A program made the position numbers and the translations under genes. The notes under the pieces are model-generated. The model saw only the letters and a list, made by a program, of their open reading frames with translations. It did no database searches and had not been told where the DNA came from. A DNA stretch of 63,983 nucleotides, filler included, from Dirinaria sp. TL-2023a (lineage: Eukaryota): assembly GCA_051941275.1 (NCBI GenBank). It is 3 parts of 3 records of this genome, joined end to end, with 100 filler letters (N's around TTAATTAATTAA, not from the genome) between each part and the next. Parts side by side here need not be neighbours in the genome. Positions count along the whole stretch, not along the records: positions 1 to 21,606 come from JAVEBF010000249.1; positions 21,707 to 43,298 come from JAVEBF010000250.1; 1 more part is not named here. The stretch is one strand, 5' to 3'. Positions 13,439 through 26,588 of this stretch are shown here, piece after piece; positions within the stretch are counted from its first letter, which is position 1; every line of letters starts with the position of its first letter.

Positions 13439-14493
13439 TCAGGAAATAAGTGTTGCCGTACACTTTCGGCACTGCAGAGCAAAGCCGGTCTTGCTGGTTG
13501 TTGAGCCGGAGGGACCAAGCTTAGGATGCAAAGAGGAGTGGCATACACTACATGTTCCCTTGTTGATCGCTGTGACGAGGTCGGCAATGCCTCGCTTATG
13601 GTCATCCAGACGTTTCTGCAGGTTATTATTCTTGAGACGCTCCGCAGCAAGTAGCATATCCACGGACAGATAATGATCCGCTTGACATCTGAGGCTCTCA
13701 CTGTAAGCATCGGCCGTACGCTGCAGCACTTCCGCTGCGAAATGAGCGTCCTCCCTCATTAGCCGTTTCCAGTATGCTTTGTTACCATCGTACAGCGACC
13801 ACTTCATAACACCGACGCATTGCTCTAGAACAAACTCGCGAAGACCTTTATCGTTGTCCGCTGTTGTCCTCACAACCTCGATAAAGGCAGCTGGAGGTCC
13901 ATGTATCTTCAAATCTGATATGGACATCCGTCTCTCGAATTTAAGTTGTGCTAATTGTCTGAGCTCGGGGATATCTATCAAATCAGCCATTGCGTATACT
14001 TGCGCATTTATCATCAAGCTCTCCTCCATTCGACGGCTGGCGAGATCGAATTTTCTGTTTCCGACAGAAAAGGGCCGGATGCTTAGGTCCTCTGGAGTGG
14101 CTATCCCTGACGTTCCGACAGGAGACCCCTGCGCCGAAGTGGAAATTGTTGCACGAAAATTTTCACCTTTCTCTAGCTCATCGCTGTAGTCCATGGTGTA
14201 GAGGTAGCGCAACATCCGCTCTAAAATGGCTGGATCTTCCTTGTCAAGGTTGACAACCCCCGAGCTTGCTTCCTATATCTTTTAGGTACCCGCATTTCGA
14301 GGATGGTGTATCGGGGGCTTACTTGAAAAATCCCATCGCACAAAACACAGAAGAACTTTGATCGTGGGCAGATAATGGCACGGTGTACGCGCCACTGCCT
14401 CCCTCGGCAGTTGATGGTCAGGTCAGAGTATTTTTGAGATCTCAAAAGATCCTCGTAACCTGATGGAAATTGTTGTTGGCTGACAGTGGACAT
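13439..14493 (-). CDS. BTB/POZ domain protein
   Basis: YSDLTINCRGRQWRVHRAIICPRSKFF, then after an intron EASSGVVNLDKEDPAILERMLRYLYTMDY and NAQVYAMAD; C-terminal CxxC..CxxC. Confidence 0.9.
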
Positions 14494-15172
14494 GATGGTA
14501 GCTGAGCGTGAGTTGCAAGCCTCAAAGAAGGGAAAGAGAAAGATCCTATTGGATACTGAACTCAGAAAAGAAGAACATGTCGAAGCTTGATAAGGGGCAA
14601 AGGGGTGTAAATTGAATCCGCTCGCAAGGGATAAAGGTCAAGAAACTACACGTATGTGAACTGGCGTCAAGCAGGGTAGCTTGATAAGAGGCAAAGAGGT
14701 GCAAACTGAATTCGCTGGCAAGAGTGTGAGGTTCAGGAACTCAACGAGTGTTGAAGATGGTTGCGATCTTTTGACTGTCATGTGGTGAATGGGAACAAAA
14801 GATTCGGTAAGGCAGAAGTGAACATACCTCGGCCAAACTCCTTACTACTATGACTACAATGTAAGGACGCAGATATGAAGTGATCTCATATGAGAGACTA
14901 ATTGCACCGAAGGCACACTCGACGCAAAGATGCATGCTTGCCCTGTCGCAAATTCTCCAGGCCTAGACCGTACGACCTCAACTTCAATGCTAGCCCGCCC
15001 TAAAGACAATGGTATCAACGCGTACAGCTACAGACAGATACAATTAGAGCGCACAATAGCGCCAGTTGAGAACTGAGAACGCCAGGGCTAACACACAGCT
15101 GACCACGTCACCTAACAAACGCCATGGCAAATCTGAGCCATATTCGAACTAGAATCGTAAGCAAGAACCGGC

Positions 15173-16361
15173 CTAGGTGGTTGTCGTAGCAGGATCGCCT
15201 TCGCTGGTAGCTCGAACAGTGCTCTTGCTGCGACTTCGCTCAGTCGAGGGCAAACTTGGCTCCGAAGTCGGACTTTTCGACTCATCAGCGGACAGAACAA
15301 TCTGCTCATGCGGTTCATCGTCGACAACCGTCTCCAGATCGTCGTCTTGGACGCTCTCGCTCTTGTTCAGATCTTCGTCATCTACAAGAGAATACTCCTC
15401 GTCGTCCTCAGCGACTTCACTTGTAGCCTCAGCAGCCTGATCACCAAGCCAGTACCGAGCTCTCTTTGAGCTGGGCGCCTCATCAAGGTTCCAATCATTA
15501 TCAACACTTCTCTTCGTCTTGACAGGTGTTTTCGGGGCCGACATGTGGCTGAGGATGCTCAAGCCACGGAGATGGATGTAGCATACGCGTTTACGCGTCT
15601 TGTTGAAGAAGAAGTAATTAAAACTCCAAATGGCGCCTTCCTCGCCATCATAGGGATCTTCCTCCGGCTGGTAACAGTAAATGCTACAATCCTCCAGACT
15701 CATCTCGTTGTCTATGAGACGCCACATTCGTGGATTCCAGATTTCTTTGCCTGGAGACGGCAGGGAAATGATGTTGGCCATGCTTGCTGACCAGTTCGAC
15801 CCGTTGCCAAGTCCAAATGAGTTGGGAGGCCTAGGACGTAGGTTATACAATGTTGTGTCAAGTGTATTCATCACACGCTGCAGGCTTTTCTCTCGACGAA
15901 AATCGGTTGGCCGAAGGAGATGCGAGAAATCATAATCTGGGTGGCTCGCATTAAGTGTTGCGATGAGATAGGCAAAGGTCCTTCGGCTCGAGCTCTGGCT
16001 AAGAGAACCGAAGGGGCTAGCTCTAGAGAGATTGAGTGCTCCTGCAGCCATCGTAGCTTGCGATGGAGACAAGCTAGCCGTAAACCGTAGAAGTGACGCA
16101 TACTGCGACTCCAGCGTTTGCTCAATAGCCTTGTAAAGCTTCTTATCCCCACCTGCAGCCTTTGTAGTGTATAGATCACAGCCACCTATTACATGACAGT
16201 CGGCGGTATCGAAGTTGAGCGCGTCCGTTACATCGTCGAAATCGCGCAGGGGTAGGTACTGTAAGTAGAAGGATTAAGTCCAAAGATCTCGTTCTAAGAT
16301 CATCCCCTTGCGCAACGAAAGTTGTTCTGGGTCACTTTCCAGGGAGTCACATTACCTTCAT
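15173..16361 (-). CDS. MAF1: RNA polymerase III repressor Maf1
   Basis: Micro-exon ATG AAG (16356-16361), then YLPLRDFDDVTDALNFDT..GGCDLYTTKAAGGDKKLYK, SRRTFAYLIATLNASHPDYDFS and GAIWSFNYFFFNKTRKRV. Confidence 0.93.
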
Positions 16362-17360
16362 GGTGAGATACTTGTAACATCCACTTTCAAACCTCGACGT
16401 TTGCGCCGCAGTGCAAGCTTATTGCCGAACACGGGATCACTCACTGCTGTACAGAGTAAGCTGAATCCGAGCGCAGCTCTTTTGCGCCAGCTCGGAAAGG
16501 CTGAGTTTTGAGAGGACTTGAAACTTCTAGGTGAAGGCTCTAAAACGACAGAGTTCACAATAGTTGATCAGAGATGCGGCGCTCTGGGGTTGACGGCGCG
16601 ACAGAAGTGAAGGGCCTCTGGCGCGTTGCGCAAGACCCACACGAAGCAAGATGCAAGCTACTAGGCGTGAAGCCTAGCAGAAGCGCCGAATCGCAGTGCG
16701 ATGCGACATGATGAAAGCACGGAGAGGAGTTGGGGTTGATGAATCGAATGCTGCAAGCTGAGGTGACCAGTAGATGAGGTTGCGACCGAGACCGAGAGGG
16801 CCCGGATCAACAGCTCAGACGAAAACGGTTTAGCGTATTTCTTCATAGTCAGCTGACTTTGATACACATGGCGCACAGGCAAATCGATCCTCTTCGCTTT
16901 AGCACGTGCACATAAGTGATTTGGCAACATCTGCCCAGATTGGCACATGGCAAAAGCGTGCACCATCAAATTTCGCTGCGTGGAACGAGCTGTACACTCG
17001 ATCCAGGAATTGAACAGGTCTGCGAAGAGCTTATTGGCACTGAACATCTCTGGACTTGGCCAGCGGATGGTGGTGTCGGCAGAGAGAACGTTGGATTATT
17101 TCATGTTACCGACATTCGCCAACGTACCGTCTCCATTGGGTATCTCCCGATATGAACACCAATTCCAAGTGATAATCCTTCGTCCTAGACGAAGCCGGCG
17201 TCACGCAGTCGGTCGACCACCTGCTCCGAAGCCTATACAAGAGAAGAGAATGGTCAGCATAATGAATTTAGTTTCCCATACATACACGGATAGATGGCCT
17301 GGGGCTCCCACATTCAAGACATATGTGCAAGAACCCAACAAGGTGTTGAGATGTAGCATG

Positions 17361-18174
17361 CTACATAATCTTTGTGATGCCTTCATCGTCGACCTGAAGC
17401 AGGAGAGAGTGATGTCAGTGATTAAGGGTAATCGAACTCAGGAGGGGAGATATGCTGGGATATCGACTTTGGATCGCAATATGCAGCATAAGCTGGTGAT
17501 CCCAGCGGTATAAAATGGACTTCGGACCCGCATAGAGGTCTTGGTACACACCTCCATATCCTCTAGACTGTCTTGCTGGCTGATACACCTAAGTACATTC
17601 TTCTTGCTGCTTTCCTGCATCTCACCCGCCAACAGCAATTCATCAAGGATGAAGTAAGCTTTCTGGAAGTTGAAAATTATGTCCAGCTCGCAGACATTTC
17701 CGTAGTACTTGTCCATTTGCTCCACGTAACGGTGTACTATTTCGAGCGTAATGAGTTCGTTGTCGGTGGATGAGCAGCCGGCAATGAAGAAGAGGGAGGC
17801 GTAGCGACGATAAACCACTTTGGTATCTGGTATCCACAAATTAGTCGTGTGTAGCCAGAAGACTTATTGGAGCCTTTGCTTGCCTTTGTATTCGAGGAAA
17901 TTGCACATACGTGTTCTCCGGGACAGCACCAGTTGAGAGACATCCTTGATGATCTTTGCTTTATCCTTTGGGGAGAGTGTGGTGAACCACTTGGCAAGGC
18001 GCTGAAATTTTTCAAAATCAGTGTTAGCCTGTGGGTCGTATAGAAAGGTGGGTGACGATCACATACCACTTTGCCTTGCCTCGACAATAGGATCAAGTAG
18101 CTGATAAATCATGAGCTTAAGAGTGTCCCGAAGACGTGCAATCTTCCGTTGGAGTCATCTTACTTTATTGCCAT
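17361..18174 (-). CDS. APS1: AP-1 clathrin adaptor complex sigma subunit
   Basis: [21 protein letters not shown] and [23 protein letters not shown]; spliced last exon [10 protein letters not shown]. Confidence 0.92.
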
Positions 18175-18626
18175 TTTCTCCGTCGTTGTGGGAACTCCCA
18201 AGACCTATGTATGAGAATGGAAGAATTAGGTAGCGAAGTCGATACATGTGAGTGAAACTTTTCGGCGAAACATCGGTACTCGTCTCCCCATCAATCATCA
18301 GGTACCTTAATCATGAAAATCTGATTAACAAAACACTACTATCGAAGATACTTTTATAATTTATCATACAAGTTTTCGCTTTCCAATTTCTAGCGCAAAT
18401 CATCAGCATGAAACACAGTTTGACATAAGAGACGGTTACGTCAGTCCAATGTCGTAGTATTACAGAATACTTGCCTAAGTCGACAGGAAGAAATTCTCAG
18501 AAACTTCTTTCATTGTACCCTCCCAGATGTCGATCACTGTCGAAAATCTTTCTTAAGTCGAAAGACATTTCTGAAAAGTCAAAACCCACTGTTACTCGAT
18601 AGCACAGTGTGTATAGGCAGCCCAGC

Positions 18627-19618
18627 ATGACAAAGCTGATCTTATCAACCTCGTGGGTGACTGCCACCCATGCAGAGAGGGGGCTATTAACAAGTTCAGT
18701 AATATCATGAATGGCGGACCATCTATAATCCGGCGCCCAGCTTCGGAAAAATCAAATGTAGAGCTGATCAATTCGCTACGTTCAACCTTTTTGGCTTCAA
18801 AGCAGGCGTTTTCGACAACCAAGACTGACGCGGGGACTACTTCGGCAGTCGAAATATCTAAAGCTGAAAACATCCCATACTCAGCCTGGACCAGATATGA
18901 GGATAACACGCTATTCGTGCCGTCCATCGACTTCACCCAGACTGGCCTTGCAGAGGAACGGTCGCAATATGATATCACGGTGAAGCTCTTTTTCCTTCCT
19001 AGTACATCGTCCGCAGAACGGTGCAAGCATGCCAGGGAAGCTGTAGACCTGGTACTCAAAGAGCTTCACATGGATTCCATAGACCTGCTGATCGTATCTT
19101 TTCCCGGCGTTTCTTTCGATGCAGACGACGAGGACGAAGATGAAGACGAAGATTCGCAAGGTGGAGAGGGCGAGGATCTAGAGGCGATGGTACAGACCTG
19201 GAAAGCATTAGAATATCTCCACTCGCAAGGCATAGCCAAACAAATCGGCGTGGCCGAATTTGGCAAAGAGCGACTGGAGCGATTCCTTCCAGGGACTCTA
19301 GTACGACCCTCCGTGGACCAGATCAACGTAAAGGATTGCTGTGTAGTCCCCAAATCACTGATACTGTATGCAAAGAGCGAGAAAATCGAGTTGCTTACTC
19401 ATAATGACTGTACCAACATCCTACCCAGAGGTACGGTAAGGGATCTCCTGGGCAGTGGAGAGAAAGGCTCCGGCGTGCTCGCGGGCCCCGAGGATGAAAT
19501 CAATGGGCTGCGAGGGGATGTGGCGCCTCAATGGGTGGTAAAATATACTGCAGTAGTCCGAGATCGAGGTGTCATCGAGTACAAAGGCTATTTCGCGATG
19601 GCGGAGATCCAAGATTGA
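18627..19618 (+). CDS. Glutamate-cysteine ligase regulatory (modifier) subunit
   Basis: MTKLILSTS|NIMNGG, YDITVKLFFLP, IDLLIVSFPG, ELLTHNDCTNILP and PQWVVKYTAVVRDRGVIEYKGY. Confidence 0.88.
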
Positions 19619-19699
19619 CACTGGAAGGATTCTGCAACCCTTGAAACCCCCATGGCGTGATATCACATCTTGATGATAAGTGCCGTTATCGACAATATC

Positions 19700-20587
19700 T
19701 TATCCAATCATACTTCTTTTTCTTCCCCTCAGTCTGACTTCTTCCAGCCTTTTAAGCACAACTTTCGCTCCCTTGTAGCTTTCTCCGTAGACTCTCAGGA
19801 CTTCCCTGAAGTCATCCTCTGCCTCTGGATGTGTGCTGCCGAACGCCCTCTCTAGCACATACAGATCAACAGCTTTGTCTTCGTCTTGTATGCTCTGCGC
19901 CGCCAGTCCGAAATCGATCAGTACCACCTCCCCATGTTGTAATTCGTTTCTTAAGAGGAGTCGCTCCTGAAGCTGGTGTGGTGCTCCTTCTAGCTCTTCA
20001 GGCGTCTCACCATTACTAGAACCATTCGCCATTCCCCCTCGTTCACCATCAGGCCTTACCATCAAGTTACTAGTAGTCAAATCCCCATGTACAACTCCCA
20101 ATTCATGCATGCGGCCAACAACTCTTCCAATACGTCCCATCAATTCTCTTACACCCTCCTGTTCTGCGTCCTCGAACCGCTTCCTCCGCTTGCTGATCTC
20201 TTGCAACACCTCCCTCACCGTCCGTCCATCCACATACTCCATAATCATCCATCCACCTCCTCCCTTCCTCTCTCCACCCATATCTGTGCCACTACCTCCT
20301 CGAGCTTCCGTCGCGCCCTCGCAATCTACGCTAAGGACGGCTGGCACCCGAAGCCCTTCACGGCGAAGCCGCAACATGGTGCGCGCTTCGGACAGGATAC
20401 GGTGTTTTGTGAGACGTGCATCGAGGGTGGGATGGCGATAGGGTTTGGAGGGACGGTACTTGAGGACGGAGGGGATGTCGAGCAGAAAATAGGTGCGATA
20501 GAGCAGGGCTTCGGCGCCTTGGGAGAGGAGGCTTGGTGCTGGGACCGTGTCGGCAAACTGTGGCGGGAGACAGGGCCGGGAGGGCAT
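19700..20587 (-). CDS. BUD32: KEOPS/EKC complex kinase Bud32
   Basis: QGAEA, KYRPSKPYRHPTLD, HGDLTTSN, IDFGL and EDKAVDLYVLERAF; C-terminus RGRKRSMIG. Confidence 0.95.
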   Translation of the reverse strand: MPSRPCLPPQFADTVPAPSLLSQGAEALLYRTYFLLDIPSVLKYRPSKPYRHPTLDARLTKHRILSEARTMLRLRREGLRVPAVLSVDCEGATEARGGSGTDMGGERKGGGGWMIMEYVDGRTVREVLQEISKRRKRFEDAEQEGVRELMGRIGRVVGRMHELGVVHGDLTTSNLMVRPDGERGGMANGSSNGETPEELEGAPHQLQERLLLRNELQHGEVVLIDFGLAAQSIQDEDKAVDLYVLERAFGSTHPEAEDDFREVLRVYGESYKGAKVVLKRLEEVRLRGRKRSMIG

Positions 20588-20886
20588 TTGCAGAAGATAA
20601 TTTCTTGGAGACTTGGAGTTGGAATCCGGTTTGATCACTAGCGTGAGTTGCAAATAAATGTAAAATAGAATGATGAGAGGTACTAGGTAGTACTTTACCT
20701 CACCTTACCTTATCAAGTGGATTAAACTCAGCGTTAGCTTATAGCTAAGTACCTTTAGGTACGTCGAGGCGACCTTGGGCTGCCTTAGGGTAAGGTTCTG
20801 TCTGGTACCTTAAGGTAGGGTACAAGTACCTAACGATATAAACACTACCTAAGTTTTCGTTAAGCGCATTTCTATCCGGCTCAAAG

Positions 20887-21576
20887 GGCCAGCGATGAGG
20901 ATCATCTGTACGTGATGCTGGCTACGAACCTATTGCAATGTCAATAGAGCCAAGTATCCTCCTGTTGACGATGAGAGCACAGTGAGAGCAGTGTGTCCTC
21001 GTGGTGACAACTGTGATCTGATCTGCTACACGCGTCTGAACTCGAAATCCGCGTCGTCAACGTCGATTGTTCTGCGTGATTGACGTTTTACGTTGACACG
21101 AAGTCAAAAGAGAAGATAGAAAGAGTTCGACTTGTTTCACGCGACTCCGTCTTCAGCGACATCGATACTGTTACTGCCGAGAACATCCTCTTCGATTCGC
21201 CATTCTTCATCAGCTACAGTACTATGTTTTGTAGACTGCTAGCAAGTCCTCCTCGATATTTAACACGTCACGAGTACTACGATTTAAGAGATGGAGACCT
21301 CGATATTACGAATACAAAGATGTTAATAGATCGAGGAAGAGCTTCAGTTCTAGAGGTTGTTTCTTTACTTATTTACACAGAATGAACCACGAGTACCGAA
21401 ACGCTCCCTGAAGTGACAGAGAAGACGTCGGTTAGAGGATCGAGGCGATTGTGCCGAAGAAAGCCACTCATTAGAAACATCATTATTATTACAGAGAAAC
21501 CATAGATAGTTAGTTCATGGCCGCATAGCTAGTCGGGAGACGGGCTCCGAGTGCCTAATGAAGTATCCATCCATCC
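20887..21576 (+). mobile_element. Probable 5'-truncated non-LTR retroelement (LINE/SINE-like) remnant
   Basis: Flanked by the 13-bp direct repeat ATCCGGCTCAAAG (20874-20886 and 21577-21589) and ending in an (ATCC)n tail; no intact ORF. Confidence 0.5.
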
Positions 21577-21606
21577 ATCCGGCTCAAAGAATGCACAAAT
21601 TACATG

Positions 21607-21706
21607 NNNNNNNNNNNNNNNNNNNNNNNNNNNNNNNNNNNNNNNNNNNNTTAATTAATTAANNNNNNNNNNNNNNNNNNNNNNNNNNNNNNNNNNNNNN
21701 NNNNNN
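21607..21706. other. Artificial contig spacer (44 N + TTAATTAATTAA + 44 N)
   Basis: Exactly 100 bp with a six-frame stop linker; identical to the spacer at 43299. Confidence 0.97.
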
Positions 21707-23742
21707 ATTGGTAGACTCTTTCTGTACAAGACAGTTTATATAGTATTGGAAATCGATCTTGCATTTATTGACTGGCTGAGAGACTGGGTGCTCTCTATGG
21801 TTTGTATAGTGCGCTGGGAAGGAAACTGAGGCGACAACACATGCATGCAACAGACTTAACATTCAATCTTTCCAACACAAAGCCAACAGCATCCATGGGT
21901 CTTTGATCCTCAGTGAATGGAATGTTTGTAAATCTGTAAATAAGAGAAGAGATAATTATCGGCCTTATAAATCGAACAACAGAGCTATCGCAACCTCGAC
22001 TGCCTGGTGACATCAGCACAGAAAGGAATATGTGGTCATTTTTGATAGACTTACGCTTAATTTTCTGTGGGTTGATCCATCCCATCAAGCTCCACGAGAT
22101 GACACTCAAGATAGATGGCTAGGCCATCAAATATAGCCGAGGGAGACTATGAACAGATTTCTGGCTTTCAAAGGCCACTGACGGAGCTCAGAAGAAGCCA
22201 GCACTATTTCTAAATTACATATTTAATCCCAAACCGCATAAGAACTGAGACATATTTGCAGACTCTTGATGAAAGAACGATGCAAGCAGGTATCCGTCAG
22301 GCTCAAGGCCAAGTACGAGAAATCTACAGTCAAGCACGAGGATACAGACGAGCTGACTCTAATCTTTGATTAGATGAAAGACGAGCAAGCTCCGGTCAGG
22401 GTCTCTCGAGCGCTCTCAATAATGTCGGAAGCGCCATTTGACAATCTACGAGCAACGCTGCAAATTGACTTTGGACAGATGAACGCGCACCTACGCACAT
22501 TCAGAGTCGAGCGACTATTCCAAGACGACCTAAGTACCTTTTTGCGTTTCAAGACGTTACAAAAATGAGGCAATGTAGGTCAACAAGCTAGCCAATATTA
22601 AAGTAAAGAAAGAAGCGACCTCACGGTTTGGCCGATGCACTCGAAGCCGTGGAATACAAAGGCAAGACGCAGCTGCTATATGAGAGAGAAATGCGCGAGA
22701 GCTAGGAGCACCTAATCTAGAACAGCCAAACTTACTACTCTTTTAGGCAGTACCAAAGCCGAGACTCTGATTGAACTTCCAAGTTCAAGGCTAAACAGCC
22801 ACACTTCATTGGCCCGCTCCCAAGTGTTGGCTACTTGACACATACTGAATGGGTAAGATTCTTCAGTTTTCCCGAGAGATGTAAGCCTTGCCGAGTCGTT
22901 GGCGATTCCTAACCGGATTCTACATTCGAGGTCAGCTTTTTTTTATCCGATAACTAGGAACAGTCTTCGTTTGGCAGCTACCTTGCTGGGTGCTGCGCGT
23001 GTTTCCAGCTGTCCACATTCCAATTACATGAAGCTGTACTTGTATAACGAAGCAACAGAGTGACAAGAAGACAGAAGCCGTTCCGTCGTAGGCTGCTAGC
23101 CTATGATGCAGACCTCGCATCCTTCTCTTTGTTTTTATGGGATTCTAGCAGTCCGACCCGAATAGAAGGACAACTCTCAAGATGTTCCATCTGCTTTGAG
23201 TGCACAAGGTATCTGCACGTAGACGTTGAATCTTTGTGCCTCAATCAGCGGTGATTTTGAATTATCCTTTATGACTTACATGTGAAGTGATCACGGTCTG
23301 CATTACCGTTTAAGGCCAACTGAGATGCTTATCAGTCACTGCAAACATCTTTCCAGTCTTAGCTAGAGATGTGAAAACGCCACTGCCCAGCTTTAAAATG
23401 TCGCAAATAGACCTATGAACGATATTTAAATATAAGATTTAACACACGATAGCTATTAAATTAATTGGAACCTAAAACTTTTGTGAAGGACTTCATAGCA
23501 TTAGGTACAGGAAAATCAGACACAGCAAAGCCCATTTGGCGCACTTTTCAAAACAGAAAGGAATGGAATGGTGCTAGGTTTTACTAAGAATGCAACTAAT
23601 TGAGGAAGACCGCTACGCGCTGTGAGCGTTGTGCTGAGCAGAATTTCTTATAACCCACCAGGTGAACATCTTGAAAACACCAGAGCTGAGGAACTAACCG
23701 CTATACTAGTGAAGACACGAACAGCTCAGAGAGTTGTAGGCA

Positions 23743-25519
23743 TCAGACTCTTGTCTTGAACCTAACAATCAAGCCATGCTGCTCAGGCATCCACCATGTC
23801 TTAAGATCCCATGACTCTTTCTCGCTCGCCCACTCAATGTCAAATGATCGGAAGACCTGAACGACGAAGATCCCCATCATCATCATTGCTAGTGTACGGC
23901 CACTACAGCCACGCTCGCCGCGGCCGAACTAAGATACAATTAGTGTTTCCGTTGTGGAACAAGTCGCGCAAGGGAGTTGCAATCAGCTGAAAGCGCGTGG
24001 AGGGTGATATACATACGGCGAAAAAGTTATTCTGCATCTGTTTGAGCATGGAGGGATCTGACTCGAGCCAGCGCTCGGGGCGAAATTGTTTTGCGTCGCT
24101 GCCGTATACACTTCGATCCCGGTGGATAACGTACGCAGAGGTGCCGACATTCGTACCAGCGGGAATTTTGTAGCCATTGATATTGAGACCTTCTCGCGGA
24201 ACGATGCGCTCCAAGGGTAAATTATTGGTGGGAGAAAGTCTCATAGCTTCTTTGACCACTGCTTGACTAGAGAAGAGGTCAGAATGTTTCAAAATTTTGT
24301 ACTTTGGAGACGTGATATTACAGATAGGTCATGCGCTGAACATCGGGGTATGCAACGTGCTCTGATCTTCCCGGTGGATCGTGACCTTCCCTAACTTCAG
24401 CCACTAGCTTCTCGTAGACTGCAGCGTTTTTGATCACGTAATATATGATGGCGCCTATCGAGGTCGCCACAGTCACACTGCCAGCTATGCTACCAATAGT
24501 CAGCCACATAATTTGCTGTACGGAAACTCACAAATAATTAGCAAGATGTATTATTAGTGTAGCGTCGTCTAGATCTTGCTTTTTGGGATTATTCTGCTCT
24601 TTGCGGAGCCAAGTCAAGAGACAAGAGTCCAGCTTTTGGGCTGCTTCGGCTTCTGCTACTTTGCCCTTGATTAACTACTGCTGTCAGACACTGGGATGCC
24701 AGGTAGTTTGAGGATGCATACTTTCACAAAATCGGCAGTAGGGTCAGTGATCCCACAGCAGTATGCCAGGATCCTCATCAGTACCTTATTCTCCAGGAGA
24801 AGTGTGTTCAGCCACGGTGCCTGACCGATAAGGGCGCCAATTTGGAAGCCACGGTCATTGCCAGCGATTATATTTTGAATATCTCCACCTTGGATCATGA
24901 ATCCAAATCCATGGCCGAAGTTCATCGTGGAATTGGTGTCGAAAGCCCAGTACTTAGACCAATTGCTGAGATCGACGCTCTGACCCTCCATATCTGTCAT
25001 ACGCTGTATAAAGACTTGTATGCAGTCTTCAATTGCAGCTTTAGATGCTCTCAGATTGTTTGGTGTGAGTCTACCTGCCACGTGTGACTGCATCGTCTTA
25101 TGATATTCGAAGTTGCGCGTTGAGAACACAGTGTCCCTTATTCGTCCATTATACGTGAGAGCAAACACTCGATAGAAGTCGCTCTGTCATCATCAGTAAG
25201 CGATGATTGCATCTTTTAAGGGTCTCACTTTGGGAAACCGCCAACCAGCATCATAAATCGTGAATATGGCGAGCCGGTCCGAGGTGACGATGTGTTTGGG
25301 ACCCGTCCTCACCACCGATCCGAACTGCTCGTGAAGATTTTCGAGTTTCTGAGCGCAGTGACCTGACCACAGCAAGTAGATACGATAGAGAGGGGTCAGG
25401 CGGGCGGACATAGGTCCCGGTACCGGGGAAAGTAAAGCATTTGACAGATTCTTATATAAATATATCACTGAGCCGAGAAGCATTGCGAGCAAGGCATGCA
25501 GCCAATATATATAGAACAT
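23743..25519 (-). CDS. Cytochrome P450 (P450-a), multi-exon
   Basis: N-terminal anchor and PVPGP; I-helix FIAGSVTVATS; K-helix EAMR; FRPERW; heme motif FGRGERGCSG in the last exon. Confidence 0.92.
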
Positions 25520-26588
25520 TGTTCCTTGTGGCTGTTGCTAAAGAGTTTGCTGTTGATACACATTGCGTAGGTTTTGATAGTAGAGGAAGCGAAAGCTTAG
25601 TCGAGCGATTTCCTCGTCCAGTGCACGACTATACCCACCGCCCAGCTGAGCATGACACAGAGGCCCATCATTCCTTTTGGGCGTGGACGAGGTGATGACT
25701 CACATGACTAGGGATCAACGCTCCTCAGTACTGCCTCTACGAAGCGCCGAGTGGAGCTGGAAGTATCGGCGCGAGGTGGTTGGACCGATTGGGTCGGCGC
25801 GGGCTGAAACAACGCAGTCCAAAATTGCTTGATTGGCGAATCCTCCGTTCCTACTACTATTTCCATTCTTGTGAGCTCTACGGCTTCCTGGATGCCTTGT
25901 TTGTCGGAAATAAATTATGCTAGAGACTCTGTGCTCTCAAAGTTGGTTCGGATCGGGCCTCAAGCGTCCGAGTGATCTGCGTTCAGTTGCGGCGTCTAGT
26001 GCGACACCTTGTCTGCAGTCTGCATCTCCTCTCGCCCCCACTTTACCACCATGGCTTAGTAGGTGGCTAGCCTAAGATACCCCCCTCGCGAGCTGCTGGG
26101 AGGTAAGGAAAGCCTGCTGATCAGCGGAAATCCATGCAAAGTAATAAATGACTGGCCGCATAAACACCGCCAGACCCTGCGTTCTGACAAGGCAAACACA
26201 CACACACACACGTATCCAGCAATTCTGATATTATGATTTGCTGCATAAGCTTGAACAGAGAGCGATAACGCTAGCAAGTATTGTGCTGTGTCAAGCACCC
26301 GAAGGGGCAAAGGCTTCTGGTAGAGCCTCTTAACCATCAAATAGGCAACCTCCACAGAACAGGTCAACTTCGGGAATTTCCAGCACATCTCTTTCCGCCG
26401 TGCGTCTTTCGAATGGGCACAACGTGCCGCCTTTCCCTGCGTCACTCTGCCCGCATGTTTGGAGCAATCATGCGCTACGTGGCGCTGCCTATCTTCTGTG
26501 CGAAATCTGTAAATCCGCTCATTCTTAGCTTCGTCGTGCTTTTTCTTTTCGACCGTCGATGACGGCTTTCTAAAAACGTACTCTTATA

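Noticed and set aside
21012..21493. TG...CA-bounded segment suggesting a nested solo LTR
   Set aside because: No matching 4-5 bp target duplication was found.
21651..21662. TTAATTAATTAA palindrome, repeated at 43343-43354
   Set aside because: It is an assembly linker embedded in Ns, not biological sequence.
21707..23700. Searched for an extra cluster gene or second precursor left of P450-a
   Set aside because: Only short ORFs without a signal peptide, KR repeats or recognisable domains.
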